NCBI GenBank assembly: GCA_951406725.2
Contig: OX597819.1
Span: 16,120,001-16,184,000, forward strand
Source of the DNA: Octopus vulgaris
Lineage: Eukaryota
Direction of reading: 5' to 3'
DNA length: 64,000 nt
Made by a program: the position numbers and the translations under genes. The number at the start of each line of letters is the position of its first letter. Position 1 is the stretch's first letter. The notes beneath the pieces are model-generated. The model was not told where the DNA came from, ran no database searches, and saw only the letters and a program-made list of their open reading frames with translations. This document shows positions 44,671 to 56,878 of the stretch, in pieces.

Positions 44671-44721
44671 TAATAAAGGAATAAGAGAAAACAGAGGGAA
44701 TAATATATATATATATATCTA

Positions 44722-44752
<31 letters not shown>

Positions 44753-45169
44753 ATGATTATTACTTGCAGGCAAATGCAAGTGTTGCAAGTTGAAAGCTCC
44801 GCATACTGGACCCGAGCATGCTTATTGGGTGGCCAGGAAAGAATCGGCGCCGTTTCGGGCTTTCCTCTCGGCACCAGTTGATCTGGCAAGCAGGCCTTCT
44901 GGTCAGACCAACTAGCGTCTAGACTTCACGCAACATTCTTCCGGCTGTTTCTCATCGTCTCTTTTTGACCAAATCCACTGGTTTTCTTTCTCACTCTTGC
45001 CTGGATAACACTCTGATGGTGTCCGCTTTACGATGAGTTAAGCCAAGCGACAACGACCATCGCCTTACAAGGTTTCCAAGGAATCTCATTGATTCTCGAC
45101 TCCTCACTCTCGCTCAAGCGCATACACACCATTTATATACATATATACATATCTATCTACACATTCATC

Positions 45170-45211
<42 letters not shown>

Positions 45212-46033
45212 GTATATGTATGTATGTATGTATGTACATACGTATGTATGTATGTATGTATGTATGTATGTATGTATGTATGTATGTATGTATGCATGCA
45301 TGTATAAGCGTCCCACAATTTACCAGTGAACTAAAAGATAAATAACATTTCTGTATATTAATTATTTAAGGTCAATTTCATTAATAGGTTTTGAAAATTT
45401 CAAAGCACTTGGTGACTTTTGATACTAGCATACATAACTTCATAACGCATATATACCTATACATACATATATATACTAACATGCATCCTTACATACACGC
45501 ACACACATTCATATCTATATGCATGTATATCAGCATGTATGTAATTATGCTTGTATATATATGTTTATATACACTCACATGTACATCCATGCACCCATAT
45601 ACGCTCACATGCACACATATATATGCATGTATGTGTGTATATATATATATACACATACACATACATATAGATATATATTTATATAAACATAAGGATAATT
45701 GGTGTTTATTTTAATCTTAAACATGACCAGATGTTACGACTTTCGTTTCTTCAGAGAAGAATAGTCTAATCTTTTGGGATGCTAGCCCTAAAATCTAACA
45801 GTTCCGTAAAAGGCTAATGAACACAAGTTAATAACAGAGCTAAACTTCGGTTCCAAATAAATGAAGTACCTCTATTCGCTGTATTCAATGCATTTTCACT
45901 TGTTTGTAATTCCAGTTGCACATACACACACACACACACACACACAAACACTTACAAACGTTTTGTATGTATGTATGTATGTATGTATGTATGTATGTAT
46001 GTGTATATATATATATATATATATATACGGAGC

Positions 46034-46242
46034 TACGAGGGGTGTTGAAAAGTTCCTGGCTTAAAGGGTATCGAGAAAAGCCTGGCTGCAGGGCCCAACC
46101 TCCCGGGTTCTTTTGCAGGGCTTAGAAAAACTGAACGACCGCTGCAATAAGTGAGAGAGGAATATGTTGAATAAAATCATAATTAAATGATCCTCTTGTA
46201 CGTCCCTTTACCTAAAGCCAGGAACATTTCGCCACCCCTCGT
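46034..46242. mobile_element. Mariner-type MITE (second copy)
   Basis: TACGAGGGGTGTTGAAAAGTTCCTGGCTT ... AAGCCAGGAACATTTCGCCACCCCTCGT. The interior is homologous to 4400-4615. Confidence 0.8.
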
Positions 46243-46244
46243 CT

Positions 46245-46836
46245 ATGTATGTATGTATGTATGTATGTATGTATGTATATGTTTTTTTTCAAGATATAAA
46301 CATATATGTATGTGTGTGTGTGTGTGTATACACACACATATTTACATATGTATACATATATGTGTGTATATATATATATGTGTTTACACATATATATTTA
46401 TGTATATATGTGTGTACATATACGTATATGTATATGTATATGTATATGTATATATGTGTGTATATATATGTATATGTATATATATGTATATGTATATATG
46501 TGTGTGTATATATATATGTGTGTGTATATATATATATATATATGTATATGCATATATATATATGCATATATATATATGTATGTGTGTATATATATGTGTA
46601 TATATATATATATGTATATGCATATATATATATGCATATATATATATGTATGTGTGTATATATATGTATATATATATATATATCTATATGCATATGTATA
46701 TGTGTGTATATATGTACATATATATATGTATATGTGTGTATATATGTACATATATATATGTATATGTGTGTATATATATGTATATATATATATATATATA
46801 TCTATATGCATATGTATATGTGTGTATATATGTATG

Positions 46837-46873
<37 letters not shown>

Positions 46874-46950
46874 GCATATCTATATGTGTGTATATGTATG
46901 TATGTATTATTGTACATATTTGTGTGTATACAAATTCACACACATATATA
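46245..46950. repeat. Compound TA/TG microsatellite
   Basis: Directly visible. Confidence 0.95.
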
Positions 46951-47140
46951 GTCGTGGTGTAGATAATTACAGTTGACATGTAATCCTGAAAATAATTCCT
47001 CTGATTCAGAAAATGAAGTTTTGTGGTTAATTAAAATCAAAGTTTTGTTTTATTTATTTATTTCCGAAGGGATCGTGGTGGGTGCAAATATGAAAGCAAT
47101 TTAACATTAAACTTAAGAATTACTCAATATTGTTTTGTAG

Positions 47141-47320
47141 TACAGTTCTATATTTAAGAGATGAGGAATTATGTGCATTATTTACATTATTTACATTCGA
47201 TGGATATTTGTCCTCTTCTTGCTTGTTGTTAACACGTTTCGGCTGATATACCCTCCAGCCTTCTTCAGGTGTCTTGGGGAAATTTCGAACCTGGGTTCTC
47301 ATTCCTAAGGTATTTTTCGA

Positions 47321-47354
<34 letters not shown>

Positions 47355-47681
47355 GTTGTTGTTGTTGTTGTTGTTGTTTGCTGTCGCTGTTGTTAGTATT
47401 TAGGTCACTGCTTGGAATCGAACTCGGGCATATGGCGTAGTGGTTAAGAGCGCAGGCTACTAACCCCATGATTCCGAGTTCGATTCCAAGCAGTGCCCTG
47501 AACGCTAACAACAACAACAACAACAGTAATAATAATAACATCGAAAAATACCTTAGGAATGAGAATTCGGGTTCGAAATTTCCCCAAGACACCTGAAGAA
47601 GGCTTGAGTGTGTATCAGCTGAAACGTTGTGTTAACAACAAACAAGATGAGGACAAATATCCGTCAAATGTAAATAATGTA
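47141..47681. mobile_element. tRNA-headed, hammerhead-containing non-autonomous retroelement in head-to-head inverted arrangement with 15-bp TSD (PLE-like architecture)
   Basis: TSD AATATTGTTTTGTAG at 47126-47140 and 47682-47696. tRNA-like head at 47426-47498 (A box TGGCGTAGTGG, B box GTTCGATTCC). The arms are reverse complements, with an HHR-like motif in each. Confidence 0.85.
47588..47633 (+). ncRNA. Minimal type I hammerhead-ribozyme-like motif (inverted copy at ~47229-47273)
   Basis: GACAC-CUGAAGA-A-GGCU..CAGCU-GAAAC-GUU-GUGUU. Stem I is GACAC/GUGUU with palindromic AACGUU. The minus copy has a perfect GGCUG/CAGCC stem II. Confidence 0.65.
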
Positions 47682-47818
47682 AATATTGTTTTGTAGATTA
47701 GAGTTTTACAAAAAAGCGTTGACTGTATATCATTAACCAATGATATGATCAAGCCATTTGTTCATTTGTTTACAAGCGAAATTATTTCTCAATAGACAAT
47801 ATAGGTCGCAACACCTTT

Positions 47819-48100
47819 GTGCAAACAGCCTTGGATCGAACAAAATGGAGATCGTCGTGTCAAAGTAATATGGGAGACTTTGTTTCAACCAGCTGGCTAA
47901 GGGGTGCAAGGCAAAGGAGAAAAGCGGTTGCAAATATACCGCCAGCACTGACCGGTAATCCTCCTACTTGTAATTTCTGCGGGTTTCTTTGGAAATCGTT
48001 GGTGGAACTCAGATATCACATTCGACATATGCATTATGACTGACCAAGAAAATGTTAGTTGTCGGCTCCTAATACGTCGAAATCGACGACACTGTCCATC
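47819..48100 (+). pseudogene. RTE-clade LINE 3' fragment
   Basis: TALDRTKWRSSC...RQRRK...CNFCGFLWKSLVELRYHIRH (DRxxWR plus C2H2-like motif). Confidence 0.7.
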
Positions 48101-48125
48101 ATATATATATATATATATATATATA

Positions 48126-48506
48126 CTAGCAGTATCGCCCGGCGTTGCTCGGTTTTGTCAGGGAAATAACTATATAAGCATTTTTAGAGAGTTATAGCCA
48201 AAAAATAGCAAAAAATGCAGTAAAAATGGAACAAAAATGATGGTAAATTTTTTTTTCAATCGATGACTCATCGTAGACATTTTTAGAGAGTTACTTCCCT
48301 TATATAATAGCGAAAAAATGCATTAAAATGGAAAAAAATGATGGTAAATTTTTTTTTAAATCGTAGACTCATCGTAGACGCGCGCTAATACCCAGAAGGG
48401 CTCGATATGAATCACGACTATAAGATACCCGCTTTTGGTTAAACTGCAGCGCAAAATGTGGGAGTAGTTAGGAATCTAAATCGTAGGAGACAGACACACA
48501 ACTTGA

Positions 48507-48520
<14 letters not shown>
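48126..48520 (-). mobile_element. Non-autonomous Helitron (related to 16590-16973; internal ~90-bp duplication)
   Basis: Same CTAGCAGTATCGCCCGGCGTTGCTC end. The block AAATGATGGTAAATTTTTTTT...GACTCATCGTAGAC occurs twice. Confidence 0.7.
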
Positions 48521-48568
<48 letters not shown>

Positions 48569-48570
<2 letters not shown>

Positions 48571-48770
48571 TATTCTGTTGTGTCTGGGGAGACTCATTTT
48601 GTTTTTGTGTCTTATTATGTAACACACTCACCGAAACTATTGAAAAGGTTGCAAAACGCAACGGAAATTTTAGGACAATAAAAATAAGAAATAAAGTGGA
48701 AATTTTACCGGTGAGTGTGCTACATAATAAAGCACACAAAAAATGACTCTCCCCAGACACAACAGAATAT
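48569..48770. mobile_element. Foldback MITE with ~65-bp TIRs
   Basis: ATATTCTGTTGTGTCTGGGGAGACTCATT...CACACTCACCG versus CGGTGAGTGTG...AATGACTCTCCCCAGACACAACAGAATAT. Confidence 0.8.
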
Positions 48771-48822
48771 GCTTCAACACACGAACTCATATAAAGAATC
48801 TTGCAAACCAAATCCAAAAACG

Positions 48823-48866
<44 letters not shown>

Positions 48867-49482
48867 CATATCATATTGCATCACTGAGTCAAAATCTTGT
48901 TGTTGGTTGTCTGTTATGCATGGAATACATCGCTTTGATTCATTTGAATACGGTTTTACTTTTTCGTCAAGGATCCACCTGGAACCTGCAACATAATGCA
49001 ATTAGTAACGTCCCTGTAATAAAAGGCATTGTAGAAAATGCAAACTTATTTTCTATTGGATCAGAAAGATGTCATTCATATTTTACAGGGAAATATAAAT
49101 CTTCATTAGACACTTCAACAGCTTCAAAAAAAAAAAAAAATCTGAGAGTTTTTCCGCTTATATAACTTATTTTTCAAACAATTTAATTCGAGACTGATTT
49201 ACAATCCGCACTGCCACCGGCACGGATCTATCACTAAAACACTCGGCAACATCTTACATAGTACTACACTGATCACTTAGTGATCATCGTCTCCCTTATA
49301 GTATAGCTTCTACGATTTTATAACAGACAGACTGATTATTTTTGCTAAAGAACAAAAAACTGCCAGTCATTCAACAGCAGTCTCCTGTCTTTGCGCATCT
49401 TATTTCCTAATCAAAGCGGACGAATGAGTATCCATAATTCAACTTCCGCCGAACCTTTATTTCAGAAATTAAAATCCAGCTT

Positions 49483-49871
49483 CTCTCTTTTACTCTTTTA
49501 CTTGTTTCAGTCATTTGACTGTGGCCATGCTGGAGCACCGCCTTTAGTCGAGTAAATCGACCCCAGGACTTATTCTTTGTAAGCCTAGTACTTATTCTAT
49601 CGGTTTCTTTTGCCGAACTGCTAAGTTACGGGGACGTAGACACACCAGCATCTGTTGTCAAGCGATATTGGGGGACAAACACAGACACACAAACACATAC
49701 ATATATACGACGGGCTTCTTTTAGTTTCCGTCTACCAAATCCACTCACAAGGCTTTGGTCAACCTGAGGCTATAGTAGAAGACACTTGCCCAAGGTGCCA
49801 CGCAGTGGGACTGAACCCAGAATCATGTGGTTCGTAAGCAAGCTACTTACCACACTGCCACTCATACGCCT
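49483..49871 (-). mobile_element. SINE family A copy (short internal microsatellite)
   Basis: Full reverse copy. Confidence 0.9.
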
Positions 49872-50423
49872 TCCTTCATTTTTCTTTTCGTTACCTGTGT
49901 GATCACATATTGCAGGAAATTCTGAGTAGCAACGAAATAAAGTATCCGTTGAGCTGAAAGGATAACTTTTGATGGATCTCCTATTAAAGTGATTTTGAAA
50001 CGAATAAAAGTGTTTGCTGCATATTCCCTGGAATACGAGTTTGGCTTTGATACCATTGTATCAAAGTCTGGCAGAACTGTTTTGATATCCAGAATTATGA
50101 CACACAGACTTCCTGGGCTGCACCAAGATTGTTACACCGTGTTTGGGAGTTGAAAATAGAAAAGAGAACCTCCGTACTGTAGTTTAGTTAGAAGCCGATT
50201 TGCCTTACAGAGATGAGATGATGCTGACAAACGAAGCAGTTGTATTTCATGGAATCAGTTCAAGAGGTTTTCCTATAAGAATCATGAAGGCAGCTTTCGG
50301 CAGGTGTGGGAATACATCGCAAGTATAGCGTGCATAAAATAGGATGTCTGGTAGCTCCAGCTGGTTGTTCAAGACACTAGTTGGACTCGTTATTTTCTAC
50401 CAGGGTCGGTGACACGATCGAGA

Positions 50424-50459
<36 letters not shown>

Positions 50460-50639
50460 TGATAGGCTGTAATAAGAGAAATAGACAAGAAAAAAGTAGT
50501 CACAAAGCTTCATAGCTTTGCGCACACACAGAGGAAGGGGAGGAACGAGATAGAGGGAAAGAGACAAAGGTAGATAGATGCTGATATAATAAGAGAGGGA
50601 AAGAGAGAGAAAGAGCTGGAGAGAGGAAAATAGAAAGAC

Positions 50640-50680
<41 letters not shown>

Positions 50681-50879
50681 AAGAAAGACAGAGAGGACGA
50701 GAAAGAAATAGACAGGGTTGGAACAGAGAAATGTGCATGTTTATTTAATAGACGTGCTGGTGAATTACTGTTTTTTTAAAATCTATGTACATAGTTCCAG
50801 AATAACCTGTATATGTGCATTACTAAAGATGCACCTGTGTGTACTTAGCATTCTACATATGTACTGCCACACAGGCACA

Positions 50880-50934
<55 letters not shown>

Positions 50935-51078
50935 CCCCTTCATATCCCCCTCTCCACCACACAAGTTACATACTTAATCATGCAAGCACGCAGAGTCGTA
51001 GTGCACACACGCACATCTATTCACACGGTCACACTGGCTCACGCACACACACACACGGACGCACACGCACCCACACAC

Positions 51079-51109
<31 letters not shown>

Positions 51110-51176
51110 CGTGTGTGCGTATGTGTATATGCAGATTATACAAATATATGCATATACACAGACATACATATATATA

Positions 51177-51254
<78 letters not shown>

Positions 51255-52179
51255 CATATTTATATACAATTCTGCATTGAAATATCTGTGCACATATAAA
51301 CACACACTTGTGTACATATTTTCACCAGCCGCCCACACACATATACGCATATGGAAAGATGGCCGGACGTCAGCCATCCATCCGCTAAATTATCTCAATT
51401 CTACAAAATAATAATAATAATAATAATAAAAAACAATAATTTACTCTATTTGCCACAAGGTTCACTAATTACAACAACATGTTACAATCGGCTTACAAGA
51501 CATGTAAGTATGTACGTACATAATTGTATAAGAACAGATGGTGGCGGGAAAAATGTTATGAAATGTATTAAGACATCAAAAATTTAGTTAAAATACGAGG
51601 AAATACAGATAAAATAGTATATGTATAAAATTTATTTTAAAATTAGTTGTCTGTAACTTCGGAGTTTCAGTGAAGATGCCATATCGAACATGAAACGTTT
51701 GAAATGGTGTATGTGTGTGTGTGTGTGTGTGTGTGTATGTATGAATATATTTATGTATGGATGTACGTATTTATGCGTCTATGTACGGTGGGAAGGATGG
51801 ATGTCTGTCTCTCTATCTCTGTAAATACTTTGTTGATGCAGTAGTAGTAGTAGTAGGAGGAGGAGGAAAGAAGAAGAAGGTGGTGGTGGTGGTGATGAGG
51901 ATGACGGGAAACGTTTGCTGAATTTTAGAAATTTTAGATTCTAACTTGGCAGGGGATTGCTCAAAACAACAGGGCAGAGCAGAATAGAATGCAAAAAAAG
52001 AATAAAAAAAAAATATGGATTGAAAAAAAATATTCAAATGAAAAATACATGAGAAGAAAAAATACAAATATAGAGCAAGTAGGGGGGGGTTGTTGGAGGT
52101 TTAAAATGAATTCTACTAAATATGGAAGCAGTAAAACGGTTTATTCAGAACATGGATTAACAGCATTCTTTTATTCTGG

Positions 52180-52580
52180 AATTCTTGTACTTGTTTTTGG
52201 ACTGTGGCTATGCTGGAGCACCACCTTGTAGGGTTTCATCCAACACAGTGAAGCTCAATAATTAGTTTTTTCAAAATGTGATATTCATTCCGCTATGGTA
52301 TGGGGATGTAAACGAACCAATATCGGTTGTCAGTCGGTGGGGATAGACACGAAGGCAAGCATAAATACACGTAAACCAACATACACATACTCACACAAAT
52401 ATATATATATATATATATGCATATATATTTACACACATGCTTCCACACAGTTTCCGTTAACCAAATTCCCTTACAGGGAGTTGTTCGGCCCAGAACTACA
52501 GTAGAAGACACCTGCCCAAGGTGCTACATGTTAGGGCTGAACCCGAATCTACGATGTTGCGAGGCGAACTTCGTAATCAC
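52180..52580 (-). mobile_element. Old SINE family A-related copy
   Basis: Tail GACTGTGGCTATGCTGGAGCACC and body GTAGAAGACACCTGCCCAAGGTGC. Confidence 0.7.
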
Positions 52581-52705
52581 TTTATTATTTTAGGTGTTAA
52601 GGGCAACACGTTATCATTTTGACTACGTTGCCATTTTGACTTTGTCTTGAGATCGATAAACGAATGAAAACGCTAATAAACAATTTTCTAACTCATTTTT
52701 CTCGA

Positions 52706-52769
<64 letters not shown>

Positions 52770-52819
52770 TATAATGTATATATATACATGTATGTATGTA
52801 TGTATGTATGTATAATATA

Positions 52820-54010
52820 TACAGGGTTTGAACAAAATAATGGAAACACCTTAAAATTTCAAACAAATTTATTTTAATATGGGGTAGGACCACCTTTGAC
52901 AGTAATTACAGCTTGAATTCTATGAGGTATGGACTCGTACAAAGCTTTAATTGTTTCCAAACGAACTTTTGTCCATTCTTCAGCTAAACAGTTTCCAGTT
53001 CTTGTAATGATGATGGTGGAGGATATCGACTCCTTATTTTTTAAAATGCACCATAAAAATGTTCAATAATATTGAGATCTGGGAACTGTGGTGGCCAAAT
53101 AAGATGTTCAACTTCACTAGAATGTTCCCCGTGCCCTTTAGTAACAACTTTAGCTGTGTGAATTGGTGCATTATCATCCTGGAAGATTATGTTTCCCTCT
53201 GGAAACTGCCGCAACCATAGGATAAATTTGATCAGATAAAGTGCCTTAATAGACTTGACTATTAATTCTGCCACGAAGGGAAACCATCGGGCCGGCGGAT
53301 TTCCAAGATATAGTCCCTAGATCATCACAAATCCTCCTCCATGTTTAGCAGTTGGAAGAAGGTAGTCTGGGTCAAATGCTTCTTTTGGCTGTCTTCTTCA
53401 CACGTATACTCGGCTGGTGGTCGGAAAAAAGGTAAAGGATAACGCGTCCGAGAAAATAACATTCTTCCACTGCTCTAGGGACCAATTCTGTAGGATTTTA
53501 CTCCATTCTAAATGCTTTGCAACGTTTGTTTTTGAAAGTGATGGTTTTCTGATTGCAACCCTCCTGTGAAATCCAGCTTTTGTGGAAACTGGGTTGTCTA
53601 GGTTATCATTAAGCTCCACAGTAATTTTGGGAGCTGTACCTTTGTGATCCTTTCTAACAATTCGCGTAAGAGTCCGATGGTTCTTATCTGAAAGTTTTGG
53701 TTTTCTTCCGGAGTTTTGTTTCAACTAGGAGGTTTTTTCCCTCTTTCTCAAAGGCTGTCATTACTTTCGAGACAGCACTTCTTGATTCAGCAAACATTTC
53801 GGCTGTTTTCGTTACGCTAGCGCCTGCCATACAAGCACCATCAATTTGACCTCTTTGAAAGTCCGATAGATCTGTCATTTTAATAAATTTAAATAAAAAT
53901 ACCTTTTTCTGATGATATCTGAAAAGAAACAGCAATTTTAGCAAAACATATTAAGCAATACTAATAACAAATTAAAAAAAAACATAAAAATAAACAGGCT
54001 TTTGACGGTT
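52820..54010 (-). mobile_element. Tc1 (DD34E-type) transposon with frameshifted transposase pseudogene (ORF pieces 53684-53944, 53398-53724, 53041-53274)
   Basis: MTDLSDFQRGQI (HTH), SGRKPKLS, WKNVIFSD, IFQDDNAPIH and WPPQFPDLNIIEH motifs. TA-CAGGGTTTGAACAAAATAATGGAAACAC TIR at 52820; the other TIR was not seen. Confidence 0.92.
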
Positions 54011-54039
54011 TTATATTTGGAACAACAATAGAGGCAAAA

Positions 54040-55110
54040 ATAACCGCAAGGACTTGTCTACTAATCGCTATTTGGTTGGTTTTCTAGAAATAGCAAGCAA
54101 ATTTCCCCCCAATCATACTTGGTATCTTGTAAAAGGAGGGATACGTATCAAATAGATAGGAAATATTTGAAAGGTAAGTATTAATTGTGACAATAACAAT
54201 TAAAATAATAGAAATAAGAAATGAATCTCTGTCAAAGCATATTATAAAGGACACGTTTGATAATGTCTATGGTATGTTATTTCAGTAAAACGACTGTGGA
54301 GTCACGGGAGGAACGGTTATTGACCTTAGGGGTATCTGCTCTATGGAAGTTGACTTGGAAGTAAACAAGACACCATTACCACCAGCGCCAAAAACAACAC
54401 AGTAATAACACCACCATCATCATTATCTACGAGGTGCCAAGAAGGCCTCTATATGGTCGTTTGACTTGCTAGAAATAGCAATGAAATCTTCCTCAATTTA
54501 CATACTACCATCTTAAACAGGAAGGTCACAATGGATAATTTCGTCTGAAATATGTAAATAGTATTATAAGTTGTGAAAATAAAGCGAGATGGTCATTAAT
54601 GGGACACTGTTGATTAATGTTTAACTGGCTCAAAGCAGACCTGGTATTAAAATAACAACAATAACGCTATCAACAAAACTAGCAAAAACAGCAACAACAG
54701 CCAAAACAACAAGAACAGCAACATCAACAATACTACCACCAGTAACAAGAAGAAGAAGAAGAAGACGAAGAACGAGTAAACATAGAACATTCCAAAACCA
54801 ATATGTCTGCCATTCTCCTTGACAGAGTCTTTGGCGCCAAACTGAAATAGCTTGATAGATATTCTATGGTAGGAAGGGGGTGAATGTTATTTTGCTAGCT
54901 ACAGATTAACATCAACAACAACAATAATAGCGGCAACAGCAGCAATGGTAATAGTAACGGCAGCAATATTAACAACAACAACAAGTGTACAAAAGATTTA
55001 ATGTAGTCGCTCCACCCGCTAGAAATAGCAGCCAAAAGTTTACTTGCATCACTTGTATAGGACAGGTTAGATTATACAATTTTGAGCACACTGCTTGAAT
55101 AAAAGACGGC
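54040..55110 (+). mobile_element. Cluster of three diverged copies of a further interspersed repeat (CTGCTAGAAATAGCAGCCAAA family) with (AAC)n tails
   Basis: Motif at ~54080, 54465 and 55015. Related copies at 1-55, 57230-57290, and in reverse at ~12400 and ~12860. Confidence 0.6.
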
Positions 55111-56007
55111 TTTGGTCACACGCACGCACGTACGTTCGCACAAACACACTCTCTCTCTCACACACACACATGCACACGTAATTGATAGAGCCGTTAAGTT
55201 CACTGCGCAGCTATTAGTTCCGGGTTCGATCCTACTGCGCGGCATCTTTGGCCAGTATCATTTATTAGAGCCTTGGGACAGCCCAAACTTTGTAAGGGAA
55301 ATTAGGTTTCCGGATTCTGTGCTGAAGCTCGTCCGATGGGAAATGTTTATAATTGAAAGGTCCATTATTGTCACACGATGACATGATGATCTTAGCTGGG
55401 AATTAGGTCAACGGTCCAGTGGTCTGTGGATTACACAGCCATTTCACAGGTTAATCCAAAGGAACTCTCATACGTTCTAACCAACGGGAGAAACCATTAT
55501 GGCCAGAAGATGTGAGGCAAACAAATGCAAAGATCCCGTTTTCAGTGATTCCACTGTACTAAATGCCATAGGGAAACTTCGTTTATGCAATGGTATTAGA
55601 GCTGGATTAGACTTTAGGGATTTGAGTCAGACGCTAGAGAGCTGGATCAGGTGTCAGAGAGCAGGATCAAGAGTTAGAGAGCTGGGCCATGTACTTCAGC
55701 TGTTATCGGTTTGTTTAGCCACAGGTCAATCCTGATACAACAAACCTATGATCAATGCAGTTCCAGATGTAACTACCAAGACTTTTATTCAGCCATTGTA
55801 TATCTAGAACTACATCGGTAGCCAACGCATCGTTTAATGTTAGTCTATCCTACTCACCTGTAATGAGAACCAACCGAGGGTTGTAGGGGTCCTGTCCCAC
55901 ATCCTGAATCAACTGCTGGGCGGAAAGTGGAGAAGACGATTAGGGGTCTGTTTGCTTACAACTACATAGGTGAATGCTTAGTGTAACAGGTGAGCAATCC
56001 CTTAGGT

Positions 56008-56196
56008 CAGGAGTCCTCAAACGTTTTAGACCATCGCCCCTTTCATACCCCTCATCGACCCCCAGGCATGTACAAATAAATAAATAAATAATAATAATAA
56101 TTAAGTAGATGAGCATTTAGCGACCCCTTGACTAGTCCCATCCACCCCTTCCTCCACACCCCCAGGCGTCGATATCGACCACTTTGGAGACCCCTG
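56008..56196. mobile_element. hAT (Charlie-like) MITE with 8-bp TSD
   Basis: TIRs CAGGAGTCCTCAAAC / TTTGGAGACCCCTG and TSD CCTTAGGT / CCTTAGAT. Confidence 0.85.
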
Positions 56197-56242
56197 CCTT
56201 AGATACACTGTTCGATCACTATTATTGCTCATTACGTTGGAC

Positions 56243-56312
<70 letters not shown>

Positions 56313-56378
56313 TTGATAAAACGGTAAGATAACAAAAGAAAGAAAGAGACTTCAATATTATGTAAATAGAGGAAATTT

Positions 56379-56760
56379 ATCTATACAATAATATGTTACA
56401 TTACTCGATAGTCAAGATAAAACTCTGAGTTTCAGATGCCGAAGTGGAAATCCACAACACCATCTCTTCGGTTATCTGGCTATTTCTGGAAATAGCCAGA
56501 TAACAGAAGAGATGGTGTTGTGGATTTCCACTTCGGCATCTGAAACTCAGAGTTTTATCTTGACTATCTGGAAATAGCCAGATAACCGAAGAGATGGTGT
56601 TGTGGATTTCCACTTCGGCATCTGAAACTCAGAGTTTTATCTTGACTATCTGGAAATAGCCAGATAACCGAAGAGATGGTGTTGTGGATTTCCACTTCGG
56701 CATCTGAAACTCAGAGTTTTATCTTGACTATCGAGTAATGTAACATATTATTGTATAGAT
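56379..56760. mobile_element. PLE-type terminal-repeat array: one inverted arm plus three direct 82-bp units, each with a hammerhead-like motif
   Basis: Units start at 56486, 56568 and 56650. 56379-56486 is the reverse complement of the last unit plus its flank. Motif GAUAA-CCGAAGA-GAUG...CAUC-U-GAAACUCAGAGUU-UUAUC. Confidence 0.8.
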
Positions 56761-56833
56761 ATATAATATATATATAGATATATAATATATATATAGATAT
56801 ATAATATAATATATAGATATATAATATATATAG

Positions 56834-56878
<45 letters not shown>

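Noticed and set aside
47426-47498. Functional tRNA gene
   Set aside because: The cloverleaf stems are imperfect, the anticodon loop is atypical, and it is embedded in a TSD-flanked repeat, so it is treated as a SINE-type head.
48880-50400. Complex sequence flanking SINE A that may be an old TE coding remnant (likewise 37700-38340, 44760-45110, 59000-59450)
   Set aside because: I could not recognise any protein motif by eye; a translated search would be needed.
56486-56730. Regular direct repeats superficially like a CRISPR array
   Set aside because: The units are wholly repeated with no unique spacers, there are no cas genes, and the context is eukaryotic.
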